Notes: a model not told the origin generated them from the letters alone. Shown: positions 50,461-63,590, counted from the whole stretch's first letter. The stretch: 63,735 nt of DNA, filler included, from Octopus bimaculoides (GCF_001194135.2; 6 parts of 5 records of this genome joined end to end with filler, not necessarily neighbours in it), one strand, 5' to 3'. Numbers and translations: made by a program.

Positions 50461-51819
50461 ATAAGTGTCTAAAATCTATCGGTATAAAATGCTTAAGTTC
50501 GATCTCGTTTCAAAACAAAGAAAAAAATAAATATATAAATAAATAAAAGTGATGAAGCTAGCATAAAATTCCCTAGGGAGTTTAGGACCACTAACTTCTG
50601 AAGGCAAGTGGCGTCAAAATACAAAAAAGTAAGTGACAATAACAACAGTAGCAGCAACAATAACAACAACAAAACCAGCATGTATGATTAATTTTGAATA
50701 TATAGCATTACTTGAATTATTGAAGACAGCTCCCACCCAGTTTCTGTCTGTCAATACTTCTCTCCATCTTTTAGTACCACTCCCAAGTTCTTTGTAATTG
50801 GTGTTGCTAAAGACTTAAAACATGGTTGAATGGATTCGACCGTTTGACACCAGTCTAAAAATGAAACCCCTTCAAAATTCTTTCAATACAAAACGAGCAT
50901 TCAATATTCCATACCATTATTTGTTTGACCACTGCCTGGGTGCCTTTGTTTTCAACTCCAACTTTAGTCTTGATTCACCTTTTCATTAAATCTGTATTTT
51001 CCTTTTCTCTTTATTCCTCTCTATCTGCTTGAGTTCCTTAGGAAATAGTTTCCTTTTAGCATTACTACTAACAAATCGTATCTTAAAGACGTAGTTTAGG
51101 CAGAATGCCTTATATATTGACAACTTTCATTTTTTTATCTTGCCTTAATTCTGTCATATTATTAATCAAAAGTCTTCCTGCCTATATATAAAATAGTATC
51201 TGCGTCATATCTGTTTCCGATACTGTCCTGCTTTTTCGTTTTATATAGAAAACGTTGATTTAATTAGTTTGATAAGTGCATCTGCACNNNNNNNNNNNNN
51301 NNNNNNNNNNNNNNNNNNNNNNNNNNNNNNNNNNNNNNNNNNNNNNNNNNNNNNNNNNNNNNNNNNNNNNNNNNNNNNNNNNNNNNNNNNNNNNNNNNNN
51401 NNNNNNNNNNNNCCTTCAGTCACTATGTGACTTTCTCTGATGAATAAATCTATACTTATTGAGACTGACTCAACATAAGTTCTATTTTTCATGTTTGAAC
51501 CACTACGCCTCTGATGAGAACCCAATAATGTTCGGAAATCGATTAAAGTTGTTCATCTGTTTTTTCAATCTACGGAGAAATGGCTAAATTTTCCCTCTTT
51601 ATAAATATACGATATATATATATAAATATAAGTAGACCTCGATAATCGGCTCGGGATTCTCCCCCAATGACTTTACAAAGGTCACTTGGGGCCCCAATTC
51701 GCCGTGAAACCATTTGGTAGCTGGTATCGTTACGAGGTCTATTTATATTTACCCACTTCTCTACTTGTAGAGTAAGCTCTCCTCTGGTTATATGGTTTTA
51801 CCGTTTATTATCACATATA

Positions 51820-52110
51820 CATATATATATATATGTGTGTGTGTGTGGGGGTGTATAGAGAGAGGTAGGTAGGTACATATGTAAGCTCACATACACGCAC
51901 GCATATACATACGAATGTTTGTATTTGTGTGTCTGTATGTCACCCCACCATCGCCTGATAACTAATGTTGATGCGATTATGCTCCTGTAACTTGGCGGTT
52001 CGAAAAAAGAGGCGATAGAATTAATACGAGGCTTCCAAAGAATAATTCCTGGCGTTGATTTCTTCAAATAAAAGACGGTGCTCTAGTATGGCCTATCGTC
52101 TTTTGAAGCA
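51820..52110 (+). mobile_element. SINE family A, 3' body
   Basis: gtcaccccaccatcgcctgataactaatgttg...gtaacttggcggttcgaaaaaagaggcgatagaattaatacgaggc. Confidence 0.72.
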
Positions 52111-52746
52111 TATTGGATGGGAGGTCATGTTGCTGGTTTTACCAATAAAAACACAAGCACTATTTATTTGATGTTCACTATTTGTTTTTCAGGTTTTTGT
52201 TCGACCAGAATTCTTTCGTTACAATTCAGTGGCCTTATACGTGGTTCTTTACTTATTTTTTCTTTCTTGTGTCTGCCCTTTTNNNNNNNNNNNNNNNNNN
52301 NNNNNNNNNNNNNNNNNNNNNNNNNNTTAATTAATTAANNNNNNNNNNNNNNNNNNNNNNNNNNNNNNNNNNNNNNNNNNNNTTTTTGTGCGTGTGTATG
52401 TGTGTGTTTGTGTGTACGTACGTACGCACGCATGCATGTCATTATTCAGTTTAATTTCAAGATTTCTAACTTAAATCCAAGGCTCCTTCAGTGGAATTTC
52501 AACAACATTAACGGTATTTTTGTTTGTATGTATACGTGCGGATTTCTATGTTTTGGTTTATGTATGTATTCCCATGCGTATACTTGCATACCTAGACATG
52601 CTCATATATATTTAGATGATAAAGTTCTGGAAAGTTTTATAGATTTCTGCGGTTCCAGTGATAGATTGGATCAGTATTATTCGAATCAGCTTTCTCCTTT
52701 CTGGTTTTGAGAAGCCTAATTCCTCAAGATTGATATTCAGCCAGTG

Positions 52747-52930
52747 TGTTACTGTTGTAATCCAACGTCGGATTGTTATAACGTCCACTCTGGTATAGCA
52801 ATATAGTTAGTTAGACAAGTAAGATACGACTATCTATGACCGACTACCCCCGACTCCTCGATGTCACAGTATTTGTAACGACTAGCACATACCACTCGTC
52901 ACGTGTTGCATTATTATTATCCCCATATCA
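52747..52930 (-). repeat. Putative 3' LTR of the gypsy element
   Basis: Minus strand: polypurine tract aaagggggag, then TGATATGG... ending ...TAACA about 184 bp later. The left boundary is uncertain because no second LTR is visible. Confidence 0.6.
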
Positions 52931-55004
52931 ACTCCCCTTTCAAATTTTTCTTTTTTCTTAGGGAGTGTAATTTTATTTCTTTTTTATTAGCAATGATTTT
53001 TACATCATCCCACCTCCTTATTTTGAGTGGGTTTTTTTATACAATTAGAAATTTAATATTTTTTCGTTTGGCATCCAATTCCAGGAACTCCGAACATTTT
53101 CTTTTTCTTTCACTTGTGCGTCTGGGTTCACTTATTTGTAGTGGCGTTTGTACTTGAAAAGTATTATACAACCATTCCATTGTTTCTTCCATTCTCTTGG
53201 GTTTGTTGTCAACGAATCTTTTTTTTTTTTTTTAGTTGATTCATGTGTCTCTTGTATACCCCTTTTCTTCCTTTTACCAAGTATGACATTTTCCCTATGC
53301 GTTTGGTAATCACGTCATAGTCCCAACTTTCTTTTCCAATCTTATATGCCCTAACAAATACATTTTCACCAATTTTGAAATATCTTGCTGTATTATCCAT
53401 TGCTATTTTTCTTTTCTTAACAAGTAGCAATTTGTCGAAGACTGATTTTATTTTTCTCGCAAGCATCAGTTCCGCCGGTGACATACCTGCTGGTGTATTT
53501 AGATTTGGTGCTACATGGTATACTCTTAAAAATTGTAGAGCTGCCTCATCTGTGACTTCCTTATTCGACTTTCTTAGGGCTCTCTTGAACGTATCGACAA
53601 AGCGTTCTGCTTATCCGTTAAATCTGGAATGGTATGGCGCCGTAGTTACATGTTCTATAGCGAACGTTTTACAAAACTTTTTAACTCAAAAGACATAAAT
53701 TGCGTTCCGTTGTCAAACACTATCGTTTCTGGGACGCCAAATCTCGCAAATAACTCATGTAGAAAGTTTGTTGTAATTGAGGAGGTTTACTTTTTACACT
53801 TACAAATTTCTGACCATTTAGAGAGACTATCTATTACCACAAAGTAGTATGAACCGTTTAAGGGACCAGTAAAATCGATGTGTCGTTTCGACCAGGAACA
53901 TCTACTTTTGGCCAAGGTTCACTTTTTATCGTCGGTAATTTTGCCGAAAGAGCATATCCTCTGCAGCCTTTCACTAAATTTTCGATTTCTCTACCACTTC
54001 TGGTTAGTACACGTAGCTACGCATTAAAGCTTTTATCCTCGAAATACCAGGAATTCCCTCAGCATTTTTTTTTGCAGTGTTTCAGGCGTACATCAGTACG
54101 CCATCACAAAGTAATTATAGGTTCACGTCTTGGTTTCGCTTCGCACAATCCTGTTCCTAATTACTTTTCCTGTCAACAGTATTCTTTTCATTTCTTTTAT
54201 AAATTTATCCTTTTCCGCATTTCGTTCTATGTCTTCAAGTGTCACAGGTAATTCGCGTACCACATTCCGCATTACATTTTGTGTTTCTCTTTCTAATCTT
54301 AATGCAGCGATTACCGTATCTTCGAATGGCTCGCAGTGTTTCAGTATCAAACCGTCCGCATGCCCTAGTTTTTTGACGGTAAATATTCCATTTTATAATC
54401 ATAATTCAATAATGTAGTACCCCATCGCTGTGGTCTATTCGCTGTATGTGTTAGTATTTTTATTTTAGAACCGTACATCGAAAGCAGTGGGCGATGATCC
54501 GTTTGCAGACAGAACCTTCTTCCATGAATAAATTTATGGAATTTTTTCACACTGAATATGATTGCTAACGCTTCCTTTTCTATTTGGCTGTAGTTCCTTT
54601 CTGCTGGTAATAACGGTCGTGACGCATGGGCTATACCTTTTTTCCTCCCATCATTATATTTGTGCAGGAGCACTGCTCCTACACCGTAATCACTTGCATT
54701 TGTAGCCAATATAATTTCCAGCTTCGGATCAAAATGCGTTAACAATAAGTTCGATGTTAAAATGTTTTTTTAATTCGTCAAATGTCTTCTGGCACTTATC
54801 AGTTCAGCACCATTTTGCATTTTTCTTTAACAAATCATTGAGCGGTGCCCTTATATTGTGCATATTGGGAATATAAATTTGGTAATAATTTACCAAACCC
54901 AAAAATGCTTGTAGCATAGTCACATTATTCGGCGTGGGCATATTTTTTATCGCCGTTTTTATTTATTATCTGGCCCAAGTATTTAATTTTTTTTCAGAAA
55001 GAAC

Positions 55005-55369
55005 TCTTTTACTCTTTTACTCTTTTACTTGTTTCAGTCTTTTGACTGCGGCCATGCTGGAGCACCGCCTTTAGTCGAGGAAATCGACCCCAGGACTTAT
55101 TCTTTGTAAGCCTAGTACTTATTCTATCGGTCTCCTTTTGCCGAACCGCTAAGTTACGGGGACGTAAACACACCAGCATCGGTTGTCAAGCGATGGTGGG
55201 GGGACAAACACAGACATACAAACACACATACATATATATATATATATACATATATACGACGGGCTTCTTTCAGTTTCCGTCTACCAAATCCACTCACATG
55301 GCTTTGGTCGGCCCGAGGCTATAGTAGAAGACACTTGCCCAAAGTGCCACGCAGTGGGACTGAACCCGG
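55005..55369 (-). mobile_element. SINE family A, young, nested in the gypsy RT
   Basis: Near-consensus copy with many intact CpGs; truncated by an N-gap. Confidence 0.92.
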
Positions 55370-55909
55370 NNNNNNNNNNNNNNNNNNNNNNNNNNNNNNN
55401 NNNNNNNNNNNNNNNNNNNNNNNNNNNNNNNNNNNNNNNNNNNNNNNNNNNNNNNNNNNNNNNNNNNNNNNNNNNNNNNNNNNNNNNNNNNNNNNNNNNN
55501 NNNNNNNNNNNNNNNNNNNNNNNNNNNNNNNNNNNNNNNNNNNNNNNNNNNATAAACAACGGTATGTATTTATGGGTAATAAGTTTGAGCATTCTTCTTC
55601 TACTTGGATTTGTAAATATGCCTCTGAGATGTCTAGGTTTTTAAAGAATTTCCCTCCATTCAATTTTGCGAATACTTCCTCAGGACTCAGCAATGCGTAG
55701 TTATGTGAGATTAAGCAATCATTCAACCCCGTTGAAAAATCTGCCCTTCTTTTTTTACATAGACCGTGGGGTGCTGCCTAATCTGAGTGGTCCATATTCT
55801 CGATTATTCCTAGGCTTTCAAGTCTTTCAAGTTCCTTATTTACTTGTTCTAGTGCCGCGAACGGTACATTACGTTTTGACTTAAATAGAGGTGCTGCACG
55901 TATAACGAG

Positions 55910-56220
55910 AGAGAGAGAGATTCGAAAACTGGAACAATTCTATCTACAAAAACTGCAAGCAATTGTGGAATATCAAATGAGATGATTATGTCAACAATCT
56001 TGCAATCTTTTAACGGGCCAACGACAGTAGCATTGAGGCTATCATCATCAAACATCAAACATCTGATGGGTAGATCATGTTCACCACATGAAGAGTACTG
56101 GACTGACACGTCAAATACCCTGTATTGAACTCAGTACCTGGAAGATAAAGAGCACTAAAACCCGGGAGAAACATGCACAAAACAGAACAGCGTAGGACCA
56201 CACCAGCATAGCGTCACACG
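55910..56220 (+). mobile_element. RTE (BovB-like) C-terminal fragment
   Basis: NIK*DDYVNNLAIF*RANDSSIEAIIIKHQ..WVDHVHHMKSTGLTRQIPCIELSTWK. Confidence 0.7.
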
Positions 56221-56468
56221 TAAAACTCAAAGAATTTTGATACCATACCATGTGATAAACATTTAGCCAGCAGGTGCACATATATGTAACATGAACAAAT
56301 TTTAAAATTGCAAAATTTTATGCAGGTTAAACATTAATGCAGGTACGAGTATACATCTATAACAATTTNNNNNNNNNNNNNNNNNNNNNNNNNNNNNNNN
56401 NNNNNNNNNNNNTTAATTAATTAANNNNNNNNNNNNNNNNNNNNNNNNNNNNNNNNNNNNNNNNNNNN

Positions 56469-56539
<71 letters not shown>

Positions 56540-56540
56540 G

Positions 56541-56571
<31 letters not shown>

Positions 56572-56572
56572 G

Positions 56573-56627
<55 letters not shown>

Positions 56628-56628
56628 G

Positions 56629-56670
<42 letters not shown>
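56469..56670. repeat. (GATA)n microsatellite
   Basis: About 50 units with occasional GATG. Confidence 0.97.
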
Positions 56671-56671
<1 letters not shown>

Positions 56672-57329
56672 TTGCAAACTTTGAGATAATTTTGGTTTTC
56701 CATGAATAGGGAAGGTGAAGTTTTATTGGTGTTGAAAATGCTGCCAGTAAAATAGACTCTACAGTCATTCACCCATTGAAGGATAGTATTCATATCTCTG
56801 TTTAAAGAAGTGGTACATGTATGACACCACATGTATATGCCACCACATGCATATGCGACCCGTACTAGAAAAGTTATGCAAGATTGAACGATAGAGTTAT
56901 TTGATGAGGAGCACGTGAGATTTCGGGATACGATCTCAAGTTAGGTTTTTGATCCCCACGCAATGGTAAATTCTTCAAAATATCATCTAATACCCCCAGT
57001 ACACTAAATCCGTCATAACGAAAATCTTCGTGAATTTAATCGAAAAATTAACTTCTTATAACTATAAATTATTCTATTAGAATAACGTGAAGATAAGATT
57101 TAGCCGCTCCTTTGGTGCAAAGATGATAGCCTTTAGTCCATAATCTAACTGGTCATGTGGAGACAACAGTGCATGTCAGGGATGATCATATGCGAAGAGA
57201 CTAGTTTTATTACTAATCTGAATCTTGCTTCTGTACGAAAACAAGACAAAATTCAAGAAGAACGTTTACAATCTTATACTTCGTTTAGAAGTATTGGCAA
57301 AGGGATTGCAAGAAATATTTGAGTTCTAC

Positions 57330-57620
57330 TTATTTAAGTCGTAAACCCCGACGATTGATCAGTGCATGTCTGCAACGATGTTATAAAACCTCTTGATTCG
57401 TGCCAAGCGGTTACGTAACAAGTGTAAAAACCTTCACAAACACGACATGCTTCTCTTCATTTCTGATGAAAAATGTCTAATACAAGAAATGACTGTTGAG
57501 TCTTGTTAAAACATGTATGATCTTTTTCTGCGTACTGAAGGCTAGGAATACAAGAGGGAGACAGAGAAAAAGAGTAAGTAGAAAGGCTAGAATAGAAGTG
57601 AGAAGGTGAAAGAATGAAGG

Positions 57621-57699
<79 letters not shown>

Positions 57700-57980
57700 N
57701 NNNNNNNNNNNNNNNNNNNNNNNNNNNNNNNNNNNNNNNNNNNNNNNNNNNNNNNNNNNNNNNNNNNNNNNNNNNNNNNNNNNNNNNNNNNNNNNNNNNN
57801 NNNNNNNNNNNNNNNNNNNNNNNNNNNNNNNNNNNNNNNNNNNNNNNNNNNNNNNNNNNNNNNNNNNNNNNNNNNNNNNNNNNNNNNNNNNNNNNNNNNN
57901 NNNNNNNNNNNNNNNNNNNNNNNNNNNNNNNNNNNNNNNNNNNNNNNNNNNNNNNNNNNNNNNNNNNNNNNNNNNNNNNN

Positions 57981-58045
<65 letters not shown>

Positions 58046-59125
58046 GAGAGAGTTACACGAGTATTACATACACACGTGTCGCAAGAGGTATTTCAGGACG
58101 TATTTGGTAATTAAATAAGACAATTCTAGTCTCGCAAAATCCCAAAGTATTTTAATAAACGTTTCTGGGCGAGTTCTTGATAAACTTTCTTATTAGATTA
58201 AGCTGTGAATTCGTCTTCAACTCCGAGGACTGTTTTAATGCGGGAATGGAATCTTTGACATATGTCCTTATACATATCAAGCATCATCTCAGCAATGGCA
58301 GCCTTCAGTGAAGCGATAGGGTTTTATAGTCATTAGTCTCCTGTTCAACAATGCTGCCTACGTAGTAATCCATGAGATTTAAGATGGGTGAGTTTGACGG
58401 ACACAAGTCTGGCGTTACATGATTGTAAAGATTGCTTTCTGTTTTGGGGTTTTGCTGAAACTTGTATGATCTTTTTCTGCGAGCTTCAGCCTTCCATACT
58501 TAACAATTATCTCCAGCACCTCCTCAATGTGCAGATTGTCCTGTTGTCCTTAGAGTAATGTACACTAAGTTTCCAGCAACTATGATGGTTTTAGGAGAGG
58601 TGAGTAACAAAGGTTATATAATGCTACCTCACATTTTGCCACAGGGTCTTACAATTAGAACTGTTGGATACATTGTGGAGCCCTGGATGGATGAAGTACG
58701 CAGTTAAAGATCATAGATGTTTCAAAAAAATTCTGCACCTTCTCTCAAAGCCCACGTAACCCCAAAACAAAAGCAATCTTTACAATCATGTAACGCCAGA
58801 CTTGTGTCTGTCAAACTCACCCAACTTAAATCTCATGGATTACTACGTAGGCAGCATTGTTGAACAGGAGACTAATGACTATAAAACCCTATCGCTTCAC
58901 TGAAGGCTGCCATTGCTGAGATGATGCTTGGTATGTATAAGGACATATGTCAAAGATTCCATTCCCGCATTAAAACAGTCCTCGGAGTTGAAGACGAATT
59001 CACAGCTTAATCTAATAAGAAAGTTTATCAAGAACTCGCCCAGAAACGTTTATTAAAATACTTTGGGATTTTGCGAGACTAGAATTGTCTTATTTAATTA
59101 CCAAATACGTCCTGAAATACCTCTT
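57330..59125 (+). mobile_element. DD37D/maT-like mariner pseudogene interrupted by an inverted duplication
   Basis: 57370-57475 LIRAKRLRNK...LLFISDEK (first D); 58550-59010 MYTKFPATMMVLGEVSNKG..., MFQKNSAPSLKAH (second-D position), HVTPDLCLSNSPNLNLMDYY (third D), ICQRFHSRIKTV. Confidence 0.85.
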
Positions 59126-59172
59126 ATATCACGTATGTATGCAATACTCGTGTGACTCTCTCTCTCTTTCTC

Positions 59173-59209
<37 letters not shown>

Positions 59210-59311
59210 CCTTCATTCTTTCCCCTTTTCTTTCTCTCACCCTCTCACTTCTATTCCAGCCTTTCTACTGACCCCTTTTCTCTCTTTCTCTCTCCCTCTT
59301 GTATTCCTAGC
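57541..59311. repeat. Large inverted repeat: arms about 57541-58449 and 58760-59311
   Basis: 58085-58449 is the reverse complement of 58760-59125 with 4 differences by eye. The outer arms share ggctaggaatacaagaggg, gaatgaaggcaag and (GA)n but are more diverged. Confidence 0.92.
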
Positions 59312-60692
59312 GTTTCTCCTCTCCTTTCATCTCTTTCCTTTCTTTCTCTGTCGCTCCCTCTCCCTGCTGTCTTTCTCCTCTGCCTGCTGCTGTCACTTGA
59401 CCAGTGGTCAGTTACCTTCTTCTTTTCTTACACTGGTCTCGTAGCTGACCACTCGCAAATTCTCTGTCTCTCCGTCCTCCATCCTTCAGGACATCTTCTA
59501 AGCGTTACCCACTATTCTCGTCTCCTTGGCTCCAAGACCGTATTTCGTTCGACAGTTCGCTCTCGTCCACCGTCCTAAACCACACCCTGTGTCATTTTGC
59601 ATGTTTTGTTTTGTTTTTCTTTGTTTGCTCTCGTCCCTAATTCTCCGCAAGAAAAATCTTTTTGCGGACACCGTCAATAGGGGAGCACTCAGTCTTAGCA
59701 TTAAAAGTAAGAAACAGAATATTACCAATTGGTCGATAACTGATGAAGAATTACGGACCTTCTCTTTGTCTCCCGATCGTTTTTACATTCAATAAACGTT
59801 ACGTCGTTTGTCTATACATATCNNNNNNNNNNNNNNNNNNNNNNNNNNNNNNNNNNNNNNNNNNNNNNNNNNNNNNNNNNNNNNNNNNNNNNNNNNNNNN
59901 NNNNNNNNNNNNNNNNNNNNNNNNNNNNNNNNNNNNNNNNNNNNNNNNNNNNNNNNNNNNNNNNNNNNNNNNNNNNNNNNNNNNNNNNNNNNNNNNNNNN
60001 NNNNNNNNNNNNNNNNNNNNNNNNNNNNNNNNNNNNNNNNNNNNNNNNNNNNNNNNNNNNNNNNNNNNNNNNNNNNNNNNNNNNNNNNNNNNNNNNNNNN
60101 NNNNNNNNNNNNNNNNNNNNNNNNNNNNNNNNNNNNNNNNNNNNNNNNNNNNNNNNNNNNNNNNNNNNNNNNNNNNNNNNNNNNNNNNNNNNNNNNNNNN
60201 NNNNNNNNNNNNNNNNNNNNNNNNNNNNNNNNNNNNNNNNNNNNNNNNNNNNNNNNNNNNNNNNNNNNNNNNNNNNNNNNNNNNNNNNNNNNNNNNNNNN
60301 NNNNNNNNNNNNNNNNNNNNNNNNNNNNNNNNNNNNNNNNNNNNNNNNNNNNNNNNNNNNNNNNNNNNNNNNNNNNNNNNNNNNNNNNNNNNNNNNNNNN
60401 NNNNNNNNNNNNNNNNNNNNNNNNNNNNNNNNNNNNNNNNNNNNNNNNNNNNNNNNNNNNNNNNNNNNNNNNNNNNNNNNNNNNNNNNNNNNNNNNNNNN
60501 NNNNNNNNNNNNNNNNNNNNNNNNNNNNNNNNNNNNNNNNNNNNNNNNNNNNNNNNNNNNNNNNNNNNNNNNNNNNNNNNNNNNNNNNNNNNNNNNNNNN
60601 NNNNNNNNNNNNNNNNNNNNNNNNNNNNNNNNNNNNNNNNNNNNNNNNNNNNNNNNNNNNNNNNNNTATATATATATGTATATATATATACA

Positions 60693-60743
<51 letters not shown>

Positions 60744-61344
60744 GCACCCATACACACATATATAATATATATATACACATGTGCGTATTCTTGTATATAT
60801 ATGTATATATATGTATATATATATATATATGTATTATATCTCTCTCTATATATATATGTGTATATGTGTAAGGTCGTGAGTGCATGTGTATACACACAGA
60901 GGAATAGGTAGAAATTCAGACAGACATATATACATACACACATCTATATACATGCTTGAATTCATACATGCATACATACATACATACATACATACATCTC
61001 GCCGTCACACCTTCTCTCCCCCCTTCCCCTACTCACCTCCCTTTATTTGAACGGTTAGATAGGGGCTGGTGTTTGTTTCGTGACAACCATACTAATGATG
61101 TGTGTTTAATAAAAGGTGGACATGGAAGATAAGGGGACAGCCATGCCATGGCCTTAACCGAGACCCCTCTTACGGACGTTCGCTGGACGGCGCTTGCTGT
61201 TTAATTATCTTCTACTGTATATATATATATATATATATATATATNNNNNNNNNNNNNNNNNNNNNNNNNNNNNNNNNNNNNNNNNNNNTTAATTAATTAA
61301 NNNNNNNNNNNNNNNNNNNNNNNNNNNNNNNNNNNNNNNNNNNN

Positions 61345-61740
61345 CTACAACACTCTACACATCACAACATAACGCACTACTTAACAGAACACACTTCACA
61401 ATACAACAACAGACTACTAACACCACAACACGCTACACAATGTGACAACACACTATACGACATCACAATACAACACACTCCACAACATCGCTATATCCGA
61501 ACACTACACTGCACAAGACGACTTCACATCACATTACAGCATGACACACAACATTACACTGCACCACAAATTCATCACACAACATCACATCTCACAACAC
61601 CTCACAACACTAGACCACACCATACAACACTAGAGGAAATTATAAGCACACTACACTGCGCAAGACATCACCACATCACAGCACACAATGCTACACATGA
61701 CAACTCAACATTACAGCACACCTCTCCCACATCACGCCTT
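61345..61740. repeat. Degenerate ~5-bp-period C/A-rich low-complexity repeat
   Basis: acaac/acact/acatc units; the + strand is strongly depleted in G. Confidence 0.8.
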
Positions 61741-62026
61741 TGCCAGCGCCGAGAGGGACGCACGAGGTGAAGTATATCTGTCAATCAAGCATATATTTCC
61801 AATTCATTACTCTCCATTTCCGTCAACTCCTGGCTCTCTGATCCTTGCTCTCCAGTCTTTCATTTCTTCTTCTTTATACTTCCATCTGATTCTTGATTAT
61901 TGTTTGTTTTTGCTGGAATTTTTTTCTTGTTGTTGTTGTTTTGGCTCTTGTTTTGTTTTGTTTGATTTTTTTTTTAGATTTTCCTATTGTTGATCTTGTT
62001 GTTGAAGTAGACGGCGTTATCCATTA

Positions 62027-62028
<2 letters not shown>

Positions 62029-62062
<34 letters not shown>

Positions 62063-62079
62063 CATTATTATTATTATTA

Positions 62080-62110
<31 letters not shown>

Positions 62111-62156
62111 CATTATTATTATTATTATTATTATTATTGTTGTTGTTGTTGTTGTT
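62029..62156. repeat. (ATT)n/(GTT)n microsatellite
   Basis: Direct reading. Confidence 0.95.
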
Positions 62157-63035
62157 CTTATTGATTTTCGTTATTTCGTCTCCTTTTTCTTCTCTTTGTT
62201 TGTTTGTTTTTTCTTTCCGTCTTCGTCGTTTATGACTCTCTTTTCCAAGAAGATCAACACCTCCTCCGCTTTTTCCACTCACTTCACCTCCTCCTCCTCC
62301 TCCTCNNNNNNNNNNNNNNNNNNNNNNNNNNNNNNNNNNNNNNNNNNNNNNNNNNNNNNNNNNNNNNNNNNNNNNNNNNNNNNNNNNNNNNNNNNNNNNN
62401 NNNNNNNNNNNNNNNNNNNNNNNNNNNNNNNNNNNNNNNNNNNNNNNNNNNNNNNNNNNNNNNNNNNNNNNNNNNNNNNNNNNNNNNNNNNNNNNNNNNN
62501 NNNNNNNNNNNNNNNNNNNNNNNNNNNNNNNNNNNNNNNNNNNNNNNNNNNNNNNNNNNNNNNNNNNNNNNNNNNNNNNNNNNNNNNNNNNNNNNNNNNN
62601 NNNNNNNNNNNNNNNNNNNNNNNNNNNNNNNNNNNNNNNNNNNNNNNNNNNNNNNNNNNNNNNNNNNNNNNNNNNNNNNNNNNNNNNNNNNNNNNNNNNN
62701 NNNNNNNNNNNNNNNNNNNNNNNNNNNNNNNNNNNNNNNNNNNNNNNNNNNNNNNNNNNNNNNNNNNNNNNNNNNNNNNNNNNNNNNNNNNNNNNNNNNN
62801 NNNNNNNNNNNNNNNNNNNNNNNNNNNNNNNNNNNNNNNNNNNNNNNNNNNNNNNNNNNNNNNNNNNNNNNNNNNNNNNNNNNNNNNNNNNNNNNNNNNN
62901 NNNNNNNNNNNNNNNNNNNNNNNNNNNNNNNNNNNNNNNNNNNNNNNNNNNNNNNNNNNNNNNNNNNNNNNNNNNNNNNNNNNNNNNNNNNNNNNATTTC
63001 GCCCAACGTGCTAACGACTCTGCCAGCTCGTCGCC

Positions 63036-63037
<2 letters not shown>

Positions 63038-63096
<59 letters not shown>

Positions 63097-63102
63097 GAAT
63101 GA

Positions 63103-63133
<31 letters not shown>

Positions 63134-63170
63134 AAGAAGAAGAAGAAGAAGAAGAAGAAGAAGAAGAAGA
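63038..63170. repeat. Compound (AAT)n(AAG)n microsatellite
   Basis: Direct reading. Confidence 0.95.
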
Positions 63171-63189
63171 ATTCTTTCTACTGTAAGCA

Positions 63190-63590
63190 CACGGCCGAAA
63201 CTTGGTGGGAGGGAGGTTAATCCATAACATCGACCGCAGCACTCAAATGTAACACATTTTATCAACCCGAAATGTTAAAAGACAAAGAAGACCCTGGTCG
63301 AATTTGAACTCAGACCGGAAAGACGGACGAAATGCCGCTGAGAATTTTGCCCTGTGTGTTAATGGTTCTGCCAGATCACCGCTTGAACACTAATAATAAT
63401 CCTTTATGCTGAAGGCACAAGGCCTTGAAATTTTAGGAGAAGGGGACTAGTCAATTACATCGACCACAGTGCTTCACTGGTACTTATTTCATCGACCCCC
63501 GAAAGGATGAAAGGCAAAGTCGACATCGGCGGAATTTGAACTCAAAAACATAGCGACAGACGAAATACCGCTAAGCATTTCGCCCGGAAT
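63190..63590 (-). mobile_element. Two adjacent family-B SINE copies
   Basis: cccgaaaggatgaaaggcaaagtcgacatcggcggaatttgaactc is the reverse complement of the family-B core; an upstream degenerate copy has gaatttgaactcagacc. Confidence 0.8.

Larger units (their letters stand above)
52747..55880 (-). mobile_element. Ty3/gypsy LTR retrotransposon (Mag/K02A2.6-like), decayed pol RT-RNaseH-IN, 5' part missing
   Basis: RT EEVFAKLNGGKFFKNLDISEAYLQI; RNase H LTHFDPKLEIILATNASDYGVGAVL...ASRPLLPAERNYSQIEKEALAIIF..TDHRPL; integrase SPAELMLARKI. Interrupted by a SINE and an N-gap at 55005-55551. Confidence 0.92.

Noticed and set aside
50700-51240. Possible transposase remnant next to the GC-rich terminus at 50350
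   Set aside because: Only vague motif similarity; no frame or catalytic motif could be supported.
59743-63265. Long ORFs of 240-384 aa in the track
   Set aside because: They span N-gaps and microsatellites (poly-YI, poly-I, poly-N/K); artefacts.
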